Assembly: GCA_023231475.1 (NCBI GenBank)
Contig: JALJEE010001547.1
Coordinates: 1 to 61,647, forward strand
Source of the DNA: Seison nebaliae
Lineage: Eukaryota
Length of the DNA stretch: 61,647 nt
Direction: 5' to 3'
The translations under genes and the position numbers were made by a program. Positions 11,108 through 24,400 of the stretch are shown here, in pieces. The notes below the pieces were generated by a model that was given only the letters and a program-made list of their open reading frames with translations, was not told the origin of the DNA and made no database searches. Every line of letters begins with the position of its first letter. The first letter of the stretch is position 1.

Positions 11108-14100
11108 TCAATCCGTCTTCACCTCCATGTTCAAATAGATCATCCAATAAATGATGTTGAATAGCACGAATGCGAAAGGAAATATGAAACGAGAAAGGAA
11201 ATCAATCATTTCGGCACTATCTTGAGCACGTTTCACCATTTCGTTTTCGTTCGTTCTCTTACTCGCATCATTGATGAGAAGTGACGAATTGAACATATCG
11301 TTATTTTGACCAGTGCCAGCTGCCATGTTTACTAAAGTTTGGGCTAATTGTTGGGTGGATAAGGAGGTACTTAATTGGTTGGATGGAATATTTTTGGTAT
11401 TGCTATTGGTGTTCGATTTCAATTGATTGTTCAGCATGTTCAAACAAATTTGTTGACGTAAACTATTTAATAGATTACCTTCCGGTTGAGCATCATTCGT
11501 TAAGGAGAGAGCTCTCATTCGCAAATCGTTGTCATCAGTTTTCTGCTCGTTCTCTTCAATGTTAGGAACGGAGTGCATGGTATTGTTCTTACGTAGAACA
11601 TCGATGTTCTGATCTTTCAACTGAAATTTTGAGGAAATGAAGTTGGAAGAATAAAAAATGAAAAACTTTATTAATTTTATTCGATTGATTTAGATCAGTC
11701 ATTGGAATCATTCCTTTCGAATTCGTTCTACAATTCCGATTGTTACCGTTCATGATATTTCGATGTCTCGTTATATTTCCCAATAACTTCTGAGAGAATT
11801 TCCCGTTCTTATGATTCTTCCACGACGAATTGGGATGCTGGTAATTCTTTTGCTTATTCTCATTACCACTATTGTTATTGTTGTTGTTGTACATGAGGTG
11901 GGTACATTCGTCTACGGGGAAAGCGTTATCGTCCATTTCAAACGAAGTGGATTCGGTCGAAGAGATCGACCGTCGAGATTCATTGATTGACATTTGTCTA
12001 TCACGTTGTCGTTGACGTTTATTGTTGTAGTGTTGATGGAGATGTAGAAGTTGATTGTGAGCATATTGTTGATTGGGATAATTGTATGACACATCACCAT
12101 GATTACAATAACATTGTGTTTCAGGTTTGGGATGGGTACATGATACCATATGATTTCCATCACAGTGACAACAATGTGTCTGTTCACACAATGCACAATG
12201 ATGATGACGATAACCGGTACGTCGATGTGGTTGAGACCGCTGACGACTTCCATACATCATTTGTGACGAGTTGTCGTTATATCTCGGTTGCGAATGATGG
12301 TGATGATGATGGTAACGTGGTAAATGTTGTTGTTGTTGTTGTTGTTGTTGACCGTAATTACATTTGAATAGTTTCTGATGAATATGATCGATATTGGAGC
12401 ATTTTATTTGATGGTTGCATTGTTGTTGTTGTTGTTGTTTGGGTTGAATATTATTTTCGTTGTTATTGAATTCAGTTAATGAGCAAAGTGAAGAATGACG
12501 ATTCTCCAAATTCAGATTATTACACTTACCACATTGACTCTTCTCATTGTTCTCATTATTCTTATTCTCATTCGACGATTGTTGATCTTGTTGATTCGCT
12601 TGATCTTGTTGTTGTTGTTGCAATAATGGAGATAACAGTGAATTGAGTAGCCGTTCATTCTTTTTCATTTCTCTGCAACGACTAAGACTACTCGTTTTGC
12701 TATTGGGCTTCTGTCGATCAGGAGTAAAATTTCCATTTTCCAGATCTTTTTCATTCCGTTTCAGATGTACATTCATATCATTCGTTATCATATTATTACT
12801 GTTCGAACTTCCGGTAGTAGACGAGATGATTGGATTGGCAAAAGTTCCTTCTAATCCGTCATTCGGTTTACGAATAAGAAATAATTCGTTCTTTATCTCT
12901 TCACAAGCCGATTTCGATTTACCGAAACTATCATACAATTTCTGTCCATTCTCTTCGAAACCATACAACGGATGATGATGTGATATACCGTCCGCTGATG
13001 ATTTCTTGAATAACATGTCCTCCTAAAACAAATGATGAAATTGAGAAATTGAAAGCATGTTCCCAACATTATCCATCGTGGCCGTACAGTTCATAAGAAC
13101 GGGAACATTTTCGTCATTCGAATTACCGTCCACAATGGTCGAATGTTTCCCAACCCGATTCTTTCTCCGACGTTTTTGCAATTTCTACAAGCGAACTTAC
13201 AATCATGTATATGATAAATACGAACTTTTCTTGCTTTTCTTGCCGTTTCTACTTGTTTTCTCGCCATCACATTCACAAAAGCATATTCGAGTAACGCAGC
13301 AAATACGAAAACTAAACACGTAGACATCCAGACGTCGATGGCTTTCACGTAAGAGACTCGTGGTAATTGTGTACGAATACCTGAAAGAGAAGAAAATGGA
13401 AGATGGATGAGGAAGGAATGTAATCACCTGACGATTGTGTAGTGACGGTGAGGACAGTCAGTAGACCCAGCGAAATTCGTGCGGGAACGGCACGATGATC
13501 GATCCAGAAGGAGACGAATGAGAGACATACGATCAGGATACTTGGCAGGAATACTTGAATGAGGTAAAACCCAAATAATCGTTGCATGAGAAACTCGGCT
13601 TTGATGCAGGTGAAAGCTCCTATAAAATAGATAACACCAAATCAATTGTCAGTTTATAAGCAATTTCTCTCTCTCTATCTCTCTTCCTGTTTTTCTCAAA
13701 AGAGAAAATTTGGGACAAAGAATAAATAAACTTCTTTCGAATTCATTCATATTCACTTAGCTAAATATATCCAATCGTATCTATGTCTCTCATTGTCATG
13801 AAATTTCCTTCTGGATCGGGAAGAGGGTTGTGGAGAAAAAATCATTGAAAGAGACTAATCTCTACAAACCTTCCGCCATCGTGATGATGGTTAGAACGGG
13901 TAGAATCGTGATGCCGATACGAGAGACCACACAGATGTGATCGATCCAATATGAGAGGAATGACAGAATGACAATGATCGATGTCGTGAAATATTCAACG
14001 CCATAATATGAGAAAATTCGAAAGAAGTTCAATTCAAGCATGAGACATGCATATGCTCCTAATGGGATTGGAAGAATGGATTAGACATTTAATTATTAAT

Positions 14101-17100
14101 TTATCTCATTTAATTAAATTATTTGATTTCCTCTCTTGCTAAATTCAATTTCGATATGAATTAAATATTAAAGACCAATACATTACCTGTCGAAGTTTTC
14201 TGATCGCATTGATAATAAGAAATATTCTCCAATTTGAAGTCAGGCATCTTCAACGAATTATGAGAGATGGGTCGTCCATATTTCCATCGGAACTGTAAAT
14301 CTTTCATTGTATAAGCGTCTGAACAATGACACAATGAAACGAATAGGAAAGAAGAGAAATACTAACAACTTCCTATGTTAATTCCACATGTCTGATTATC
14401 TAACGGAAATTTTTGGAGTTTCATTGGACATTCCAATTTGAGTGTAATTCTTCAACGAATAATGAAACATTTATTATGAGAATAGAAATAGAATAAAAAG
14501 AAGAATAGAATAACTAACCGTTGTGAGAAGAGAATTGTTCCATTGGAATAAACTCGAACCAATCGATTTGGTACAGTCACATCATGTTGTCTTCCTTCTT
14601 TCGAGTTTCTGAAGAAAGTGTCTGGAATCCAAACATTATTGATTTGTTCGTAATGGAGAGTGACATTCATTTCATTCTTAAACTTATTTTCATGATTGAA
14701 TGCCAAACGTGGATCGCGCCATATTTGACGAAAGTAGAGATCCAATGTGAAATCCATATTTACTTCATTGATGGAACTGATGGACATGATATGCATCGTC
14801 ATAGAGACATTGACAGGAATTTTTTGACGGAAGAATGGTCGTATTTTCCTATCATAATTTGTCGTTAAACAATATTCCATAAATTCTTCGACCGTCGAGA
14901 TATTATGTTTATCATCCGGTTGACATCGGCCATCTCTCGTCTGTATGGTATCGGAAGCAGCGGCATAAATACAATTGTTGATACAATTCAATCTTTTATT
15001 ATTTCCACGTTGATACGACCCACCAATATGGATATTTGATCGTCCATGACTCAATGAACCTTTGGGTGTGGTACGACCTTGTTGACTGACGGGAGGCATA
15101 ATGAAATTGAGAGGAGCGTCGTCTGATTGAGATTCGGTTGGTGGTCGATATTGTTCGAAAAGTCGCCATTTCTCATAAAATGAACTGAACTTCTCGAGAT
15201 CGTTGAGCAAATATTCGGAGTAATCGGATTGATTAAATTCCTGTTTATCGTTCTCATCGATCAATTCTTCGTTCACATACGACGTTGGATATTTCCTGGA
15301 GATGGTAAAAAAGAATTAGTGATTGAGGAATGAAAGCGTTATCAAAGTTAATAAGTTTTTTAAGATTTGTGGAGATTAATTTTAGAGAGATTTTCAAGAA
15401 GTTTAATGACTTTTTCACTTTAGTTCTGTATTGTATCCACTCGTGGAACAAGCGATGTAAACGGATCTTATAATTGGATGGTGAGGAAGTTGATAGTTGA
15501 AGAATTGAGTTAGAAGGTGGTTGGAATGTGCGATGAATATAGACGTTAATCTCATGCCATAAGATGACGATGGAGAAGACCTCAGCGATTCGTCGGGCGA
15601 CCATTTGAGGTGAGTCTACTTGAGCATTTTCCTCACGGATGATGATAATGGAAAAGACGATGAATATTCTGGCACCATAGAATGAGGAGGAAGAAATGAT
15701 TGTGTGAATTGAATTGAGAGCGAAGTGAAGTGGATGAAATGAAGAAGGAGAAGGCGCTCCCAATCGATATATATATATATATTGCTAATATCAGCACATA
15801 TTGAACGAGCAAAAAATGGGAAGAGGTTAATGAAAATGTAAGGGAAAGAATGGGGAGTACAGATCACTAAGTATTCCGGTCATCCATTTGAATGAGCTTG
15901 GAGCTAAATTTCGTATACGATAATATTTCTATTTGATTCGTTTTATTTACCTATCGCAAATATACCGTCATATTAATTATTAATAAGAAAGAATTGAGAG
16001 GAGGAATGATGGAAGTGAATGGTGAGATCAATGTATCGATTTGCAGAAAAGGTATGAGGGAAATCTTGTCAAACGTGAATCGTGTGCTGGATGTGAATGA
16101 GAGGAGAAGAAGGATGGACCGATTTACTCGGTACATTCAATTCAATGACGGAAATTAATTGGAAGAAATGGAAAATGAGTTTCATCTCGACACCACTCGA
16201 CTCATCATGATGAGAGTCGAAGGATAAGATAAATTGAAAGATAGTTCCATAACAATGAAAGTGAATTGATTTGAACGCGATGATTGGGGAATGGTGGAAG
16301 GGGAGCGATGGTTGAAAGAAGAAAAATAGTTTCTTTTCGTATTTGCTTTTGGATCGTTGGTTGATATAATTATTCTGGATATGGGAAGGAAGATGGTGAG
16401 AGGATAGGAGAAACAAGAGTAGATTTCGTTCACAAGAATGAAACGACAATGTTTATGAAAGAATGTGAGTGAAGGAAAGGAAATCGTAGGAAGGAACAAA
16501 AGAAGAACTATTGAATAATGGAAAGGAATTATGTCGAAGAAGCGAATAGTAGTAATAATATGAGAAGAAGAAAAAAGGAGAACACATTTAGATTAACGTA
16601 ACTGTATTAAGAAGAAGAATAAAAACTCCAAATTATTATAATAACAATTAATATGACATCATCAGTAAGCGGCTGCTCGGAAACGGAGAATAATTACGAA
16701 TTATAAATACGTTTCTCTTCGCCCATCCGACTTTTTGTGTTGAGCAGAGTTCTAATCTTTAAAGACTTACGGCTCATGTCTGTGAGAGTATTGGAAAAGA
16801 AACAAAAGTAGAATGAACCGATTTGAGACGATTGTTCTTGCATGTTTCCATGTTTCTGCTTTCAACCCAAATCTTACTGACGTATCTGACTCTGTCGAGA
16901 TTATTTTAATAATAATGTAACGAAGTCCAAGTGGGAGTGGGAAAAGCAAAGAACATTAGAGCGCTGACGAACGCGAGAACACAAAAGGAAGAGACAGAGC
17001 GATTCATTAATGTAAGACGAAGAAGATTAAATGAAATTTAAGAAAGTCAGATGAATGGATTCTCCGATTTATTAGTGACAATGATTATGACGATCGCTTT

Positions 17101-20100
17101 GTCATTTTCGATTAATCGGCATTATACTCCATCTTATCCGAATGCAATTCGCAACAATGTCTCCCCATACGGAAGTTACAAAAGTGGTTGAGGTTTCTCC
17201 TATTGCCTATGAGATTTATCGAAAAATTCTTAATGAAATATTAATGGGGGAAGGATGTAGATCTTTCTGTGCATTTCTGTGTGTATTTGTGTGTTTGTGT
17301 TTGTGAGTGTGTGTTAGTGGATGGATGGATAGATGGAATGAAAATTAAATTCAATTTTCTTTTAATAATCATTTGATGGATAAACTTACATCATTCTCAA
17401 ATGCCAACACCACTGACAACAACAACAACAACAACTTAACACACTAAATAAAGTTATTCGATATTCTCTATCAAACTGTACGGATAGTAGTGAAAGATAT
17501 GGTCGCAGATACAATAGACTTATCTTACTCATTACATCACCATCTTCATCATCATCTTATTTCATACAATAGCATAGAACACATAGACGAATCTCCACAT
17601 TGAGTTGAGGATTCTAATGGTACATATATTTACTCACATACCATTTGTGCTGGAACATGTATATCTATTTATCCATTTATTCATCTTATCTAAACTAGGA
17701 AAAATATTATGGGAAACTCCACACCACATCGGTGGAGGAATGTAAAGAAGAACGTGAAAATAAGATTTGGCAGTTAGACAAATAATATAAATATTAGTAG
17801 TTATCCCGACGTGTCTTCTCCTCCCGCTCTGCTAAGGCATTAACTGGGAAAATCATATCTGAGAATTCCTTCCTTCAATTCTTATCCATTCCTCGATCTG
17901 TTTATCCATCTAATTGTTTAGGAACGAGAACGAATCTCAATTGATTTCGACGAACGAACAGTAGTTCATCTTCCCCACAATATTTACACTCTCTTTCCAT
18001 GCAGGTAATATGCTGTCATTCCTTCTTACAAATGATGAATTCTAATTTTTTATTTCCATCCCATTCACTCCGTAATTTCTTTTGCTTCTGTCCTCCCCTT
18101 TTGTCATCAAGTCGTTTATTTTCACCCGCCTCATCATCGTCTCATATTCGACACATACATGTGCAATCATTGGATTGACGACGGCGACGAAATTCTTCCA
18201 CATTCCAACTATGCAGAAGCGATGAATAAAGAAACTGCTCATTAAACCCTCTAGATACGTAAAACGACAAATTAAAATTATCCTAACCAACTGGGTGAAG
18301 CTGGCGGGGAGATGTAGCTCGAACGAAGAACTGAGGAAAGAATTATTGCAATTTCATCCAATTCTCAATAATGATTCTTTGAAGTGAATTAATTAAATTT
18401 CTCGTACATTGAGTCCTCGTATTCGAAAGAAATTACTACGTCAAGAAAGAATTCGTCATAATTGTCCCTCCATCGTTCGCACTTCACATTTCATTAGATA
18501 ATAATAATTGTGTGCACACTTTCGAATTTACGTCTTTTTCAATTTACTTTCCTTCTTCTTTGCAAGTTGAAAATTCTCCACACTCCGTCACATACTTCAC
18601 GCACATGTGTACCTCAAGTCGCGCACCGTCTACTCGCACATCTGTTGTGTTCCTCTTCAATTATTTCTTCAACTTATTTTGATGACCGTTCCGATTAATA
18701 TTACGACGCTAACATCATCGTCGTTCAAATAGTAATTATCGGCAATAATTTGTTTATTCGTTAGAATCATTCCATTTTTAGTTCCAGCTGTTCCCTCCTC
18801 AATTACATGGTGAGAATGTGAAGATGAAGACCATCGAAATATATCTCCTTTTCACATATTGTCTTCGTTTCAACTCATGATCAGATGTCGTACATTTCTG
18901 AAAGTTTCTTCCGATTCGCTTCGAGAAGAATTCGAGATGAAACTCCTCCTGAAATGATGAATTTGTTGATTGGAAGAGAATGAAGGAAGAATGAGAGATA
19001 ATGAAGTTGGAGATGGTGATGAGTTGATGCTCCACTAAAAGATTATTTAATTTGAACGAATTAGCTCTAAACGATATGGGAAGTGCTGATGATAATAGAG
19101 TTATCGCAACTGATACATGTTGCGAGAGAAATTGATTGTGATTCTCCTTCATTTCACAATCATCGTATCATCCCCAATGATTGATGTGAACATAAGCATA
19201 ACGAATTCGCCATCTTCGACAAAAGAATAAAAATTTATATTTATTTATCGAGAATCATGACGCTGTTACTCAATCACGTACGATATTATATCGCAGTGAT
19301 AAGATTCGGAATGAAGATCGGAAGGATTTGGGGAAAAAATGAGCAGGAGGAATAGGAGTGGAGAAGAGTCGTCTAATTGGACTCAGTCTCCATTTGTTGA
19401 GAGGGCGAATTACCACTCAGATGACTATGATATTACTATCGTCTTCGGCAATGTGATTAGGAGAAAGCGGAGTAATAAAGCGACTGATTATCTTCTTCTT
19501 CGATTGGCAGTGAAAATCGAACTAAACGGAATTAGATGGAACTAGAACTTCCATAAAAGAAATGTCGTAAGGAAATTCAGTTAATTTGGTGGATGGCACA
19601 ATTTTTGGTGTTAGTTTGTGTATGTGTGTGTATATGTGTGTGTATAAGTGTGTGTATGTGTGAGTGTGTGTGTGCGTGTGGGATGGGTATTGGAGTGATG
19701 GAAAATTGGTATTAAAATAGAATTGACACTTGAAGTATTGGAAGTAGAGATCGCATGATCTTCACTATAAACATTGAAGGTAAGATATGTAGATGATATT
19801 ATGTGGTTCGTTCGTACTTCGATACGATAGCAGTCGTTGCCTCCTATATGAAGTTAATCGAATGAAGTTCAACGATATCAATTGTGGCGATCAGGAATAT
19901 TATAGTACATATAATTACATAATTATTCACTTTAAACATACATATCGACACATAAAAGGAGACAGACATACTTATTTTCAATTAACTACAGGACGGGAGA
20001 ACTTCGATAACGTTCCAATCACTTATATTCTCCCGCATACATTCAGGCGTACATGCAGATACAAGGGGACAGATAGAGAATGGAACATAAACTTCGAAAT

Positions 20101-21409
20101 TGCTTCAACCTACAAGGACATCGTCTCGGAGTACCTCAATTCTTCAGTCGTTCAATTCCATTTCTCACGAAAGAATTCTTTTACTGCCGACATTCCCACC
20201 GCCCGCTACTACCTGTTCGTATAAGAATTTCTTATGTTTACACCAAATACAATCTTACTACTTCCAAATGATGCTGCAACATTATTAGATGACGAGGTCG
20301 ATGACGGTTAATAAGGTACTAGTTTATCTGCGTTGTCAGTGTATCATTCGATGAATCGAGTGCTGCTATTACTTATTAAAAGGAATATGAAAATTAATGA
20401 TAGTAAGAGAGGAACGAAGGTTAGAATTGTCGAATAAAATTCCTATCATTTCTCCTCATTTGCGCCGATCGTTTCTCACATTTCCTGTCATGTACCAACC
20501 TACCAACAACAACGATGGAATAGAACGCTTTCGACCAAACACTCAAAATCTACTACATTCCTAATCCCATAGACAAAACATTATCACGATCGGACCAATT
20601 AAGAGTAATGGTTTGCATAACTGACGGTTGGTGAAAGTGGAGTTGTGAGAAATGATCGTCAGATAACACTTCAATCATTCTCCAATTAGTCCACTTAATG
20701 TTCGTTGTCAAAATTTCGATTTTGCATTGATGGCGCTATTCACCGCCGAATCTAATATGTAAACGAGTGGTAGGAAGTAGAAAGAATTGTATTTAGAACG
20801 GAAGTTTCGAACGAATGAAATATTCTTTCCATCGTCTCGTTAGACACTTCCTGACGAGAAAGACGTCGAGGAATATTGGTGAAGGATTTAGAGAAATTAC
20901 TCCATATTATGATCTCCACAATGTCTTCTCTGAATTAATTGACAGTTTTCCTTCACATGTATACGGGGGGAAATCTCTAATTATTCGTAGATTTATCTGA
21001 AACGATTATATTTTGATCGATAGTTGATGTTGTAATTAAGTAAATTCCTCCTACCTTTACTTCTTTCGATATTAATTATTTCTCCGCTCCAGATGGATTG
21101 TTGGAGAATTGTGAACATCAATTTCATAATATATGTAAATTAGAGAAGTTTTGTAATGAAAATGAAAGAAGAAATAATAAGAATGGAATTACTTACTAAC
21201 GATGAGGAAGATTTGGAAGATTGTTTAAATATATCGAATAATCGAGGAATTGTTTGATTATCGTTTGACGATTGATCGAATATATCATAATTTCTAGTGT
21301 TGATTCCATAATCAATATCATCCTCATGGTCACGTTCCATTCTCTCGCTCGATTCCATCATCATGAAGAACGAATGAAAAATCAACAGATAAGACACTAA
21401 TCGTTCCAT
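11108..21409 (-). CDS. Cys-loop ligand-gated chloride channel subunit (GluCl/glycine-receptor-like). Core exons 15295-14519, 14449-14367, 14318-14187, [14058-13870 or 13619-13428], 13380-13226, 13184-13068, 13022-11667, 11620-11108; putative first exon 21409-21201
   Basis: [33 protein letters not shown], Cys-loop [21 protein letters not shown], second loop-C Cys pair ([14 protein letters not shown]), PAR anion motif, M3 [23 protein letters not shown]4 [21 protein letters not shown]. Core junctions are GT-AG and in frame. The first exon (signal-peptide-like [15 protein letters not shown], phase-2 GTTAGT donor matching the acceptor at 15296) is less certain. Confidence 0.92.
13428..13619 (-). 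CDS. Canonical loopC-M1-M2 exon (exon B) of the Cys-loop channel
   Basis: 192 nt, phase 1-1, TAG acceptor and GTGATT donor; encodes [65 protein letters not shown]. Confidence 0.92.
13870..14058 (-). CDS. Duplicated alternative loopC-M1-M2 exon (exon A) of the Cys-loop channel
   Basis: 189 nt, phase 1-1, CCATTAG acceptor and GTTTGT donor at boundaries homologous to exon B; stop-free; encodes [64 protein letters not shown]. Confidence 0.8.
16771..16779 (-). CDS. Candidate 9-nt microexon of the Cys-loop channel gene
   Basis: Long pyrimidine tract cttttgtttcttttccaatactctcacAG, then ACATGAGCC, then GTAAGT; frame-preserving. Confidence 0.45.
19793..20311 (+). pseudogene. Unassigned antisense nested ORF with one in-frame stop
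   Basis: 143-aa non-repetitive ORF; after TAA at 20222-20224 the same frame continues 28 codons ([28 protein letters not shown]). No homology recognised. Confidence 0.25.
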
Positions 21410-24400
21410 TACACCAATTCAATCAATGCTACTATTGTCATTCTTGCTCTTGTTCTTGTTCTTGATGGTATTGATGGCGATTGTTATAACCTTGATCTAG
21501 TGGTTATATATATCCGATGGATGAGGAGAATGAAAGTTATTGAAAATTTATGTTCTTCCTCTCATGATTCTAAAAACAACAATTCATGATCTGAATGGAA
21601 AGACAATGAATAAAATTATAGACAATGAAATATGACAAGAAAAAGTTCGTCAACAAAAAGAAATAAAAGACACAATACCAATAACAACGAACACGACGAC
21701 GACGAAAATGACAATGGGGAGAAGACTTGGAATTTTGATCAGCGAATAAAATAATTTTGACAGAAGAGCAAGAAGAAGTTTGAATAGAATTCATTATAGG
21801 AGAAATGTTGTTGTTCTTGTAGCTAATGGCGATAATAACGATATCGGAGTTTGATCATTTCAAAGGAGAAGAAAGAATATTTAATGGACAAGAAAAAAAA
21901 ACTAATTTTCTTTTAATAATTTGATGATAAAACAATTTTTTTTGGGAGAGAAATAAAAGAAAAATTTTTTTGAAAATAATTTTTGACGAATGATAATGAT
22001 GATGATGATGATGATGATGAAGAAGAAGAGGAATTAGAAGAAGTTGATGATAGAAACGATGATGAGTATTGTTATGATGATGATAGTTCTCGTTAATATA
22101 ATATTATTCGTTTAATTTATTCATAGTTCCCATATCAATCATCTATTAATAGCATTTGTTGATTAATTAAATAAATAATTTTGAAGTAGATCAATAGTTG
22201 AATTTGATGCCTATGAACTGCATACTTTAATGGTACGTGAACATGGTAGAGATGTTGACGGACAGATTATGAATTTCGAGTCAATGGTTTCACGAAGAAT
22301 GAATAGATGAATAAACGAATGAATGAATGAGTGAGTGAATGAATGAATGAATGATGAAGGGCACACGAGCTGACGGTAGACAGACTTGTGATATATATGA
22401 GGAACGACGTTACATATGTGGGGATGTAAGTGCACCATCACCAAATTACATTAATGAACTCAACTACCAAAAGAATGAAAAGCGACAAATGAACTGTAAA
22501 ACGAAAGAATATGAATCGTAACAGATTTGATATTTCTCCTTTTTTTCCCTCCTGCTTCTCCTCCATTCAATCCATTTATTTGTCTTCGCATCCGTTCATT
22601 TATCTATTTATTTGCATGTATTTCCGAGAGATACAAGCACTTTCATCCATCTCTTATTGCCAGTTCTTGGTTGGCATCTCTTGTGCACAACTTGTGCTTG
22701 TTACATAATAATCATAATGATTTTATGATTCTTCATTAACCGATAGAATGACTTATGTATATAAACATCCGATTGGAGATAAGATGAAACTTAAAATGTG
22801 AAATTGGATGAATATGATATGTACGTAACTTCCATCTCCGACTGGTTCCCAATATCTGTGGAAGGAAGATTGGAAACATTACTACGAAAAGATCCGCTGC
22901 ACTAGATAATTCCTCCATATTGATGTAAACTCTGAGTGAATGAAGACGATAATAACGAGGATGAAAATATACATATATATCGAAATATTAATCTTTTATC
23001 AATAACATATCTCTTGCTAGATAAACCAGTTTAGCTAGCTAACTAGTTAATCAATCAGTCAGTCACTCAGTCACTCACTCACTCAATCAGCTATTCTCAG
23101 AGAACAGTTCTCATGTTTAAGTTCTTGTGTAAGTTGGGCGGAATGATAAAATGGTCCAACAAACTCCACTTTTTTCACTCCACTTTCTTTAACTAATCAC
23201 TTAATTTCCCATTCCGCAGACGATTGAATGGAAATCTATAGGAATTGTTCCGCATCATCGCCATTCCATTCATTTGCTCACACTCAGTCAATCCGAAGCG
23301 CATTATGATGGAATTTCTGATTTTATTTCATTAATTCCTCACTTTCTTCCCCTCCCTCCCTGCCGTCGTCGTAATTGATGATTTTTTATTATCATAATGA
23401 TGGAAATAATTTGCTTTGGTATTGTAAGGAATTTTATAATTAACAATTATTAATTTGAATATAAAAGACATCGAAAATTATTGACGTCGGAGCATGATTG
23501 TTCGACATAAAGATTCGTTCGGATGAATGAATGAGGAAGAATGAAATTATTCTTCTTTCTATTTTCCGAGAAAGTTTTTCTGATTGTTCTTTTTACCAAT
23601 TCATCTTGTCATCTAACTATCTAACTATCTAACTATCTATCCATCTATCTATCTATTTATATTTCCCATCTATCCTTCCATCCACTTCGACCTATCTGTC
23701 TCTATTTGTCTTCTGTTCTACTCTGCTCAAACGCTATAGTTAATTTATCACAAAAATATCATTCCAAAGCCAAAAGATGTGTATGCGCGCTCGTCCACAC
23801 TCCAAATACTTCCCACTCTCTTACGTAATATTCCTGATATTATAATGATCTTCACATATTCCTCTTCTCGTGATCAATTTACATTTTTACTTCAATGGAC
23901 GACTTCTCTTCATCATCGGGACACATGTGAGCTGCGTCGAACGATACATTAATAGATTAATGGTCTGTCCGTATACGCTCAAGAATACGTATACGTATCA
24001 TTCGTCTACCACCGAATATACTACTTCTCGTAACTGATAGAAGTTTATCTGAGAAATCACTTATGCACACATCGATATTGGCCATGCGGAATTGGTAGAG
24101 ATTGCGAGATATACGTTCAGATACGTCATTCCAATCATACTAATGTTTCAACCATATGGCTGGTGCGAGTGAGTGGAAATGGAATGGGAATGGGAAGTGA
24201 AATTGAATTTGGTAAACCTCTTAATTTCGACGAATAAGTCCAAATGGTGAATCATACATAAATATTTGTGCATAATCGTTTCTCATTGGGAAGAGGATTT
24301 TTTTCAGGGGGGAAGTATGGGTGATGTTTGGAGGAATCATAATGAACAGCAATCCAATTGATCAAGAACGAAAGGAAAATAAATAGAAATTTAAGTAGAA

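Noticed and set aside
15254..16499. Several 60-170 aa minus-strand ORFs upstream of channel exon 2
   Set aside because: S/F/I/H-rich translations of pyrimidine-biased intron sequence; a good acceptor at 15296 explains the exon boundary.
18799..18950. Possible additional channel exon after TTTCAG
   Set aside because: The best donor (GTAATT) is phase-incompatible; other combinations are arbitrary.
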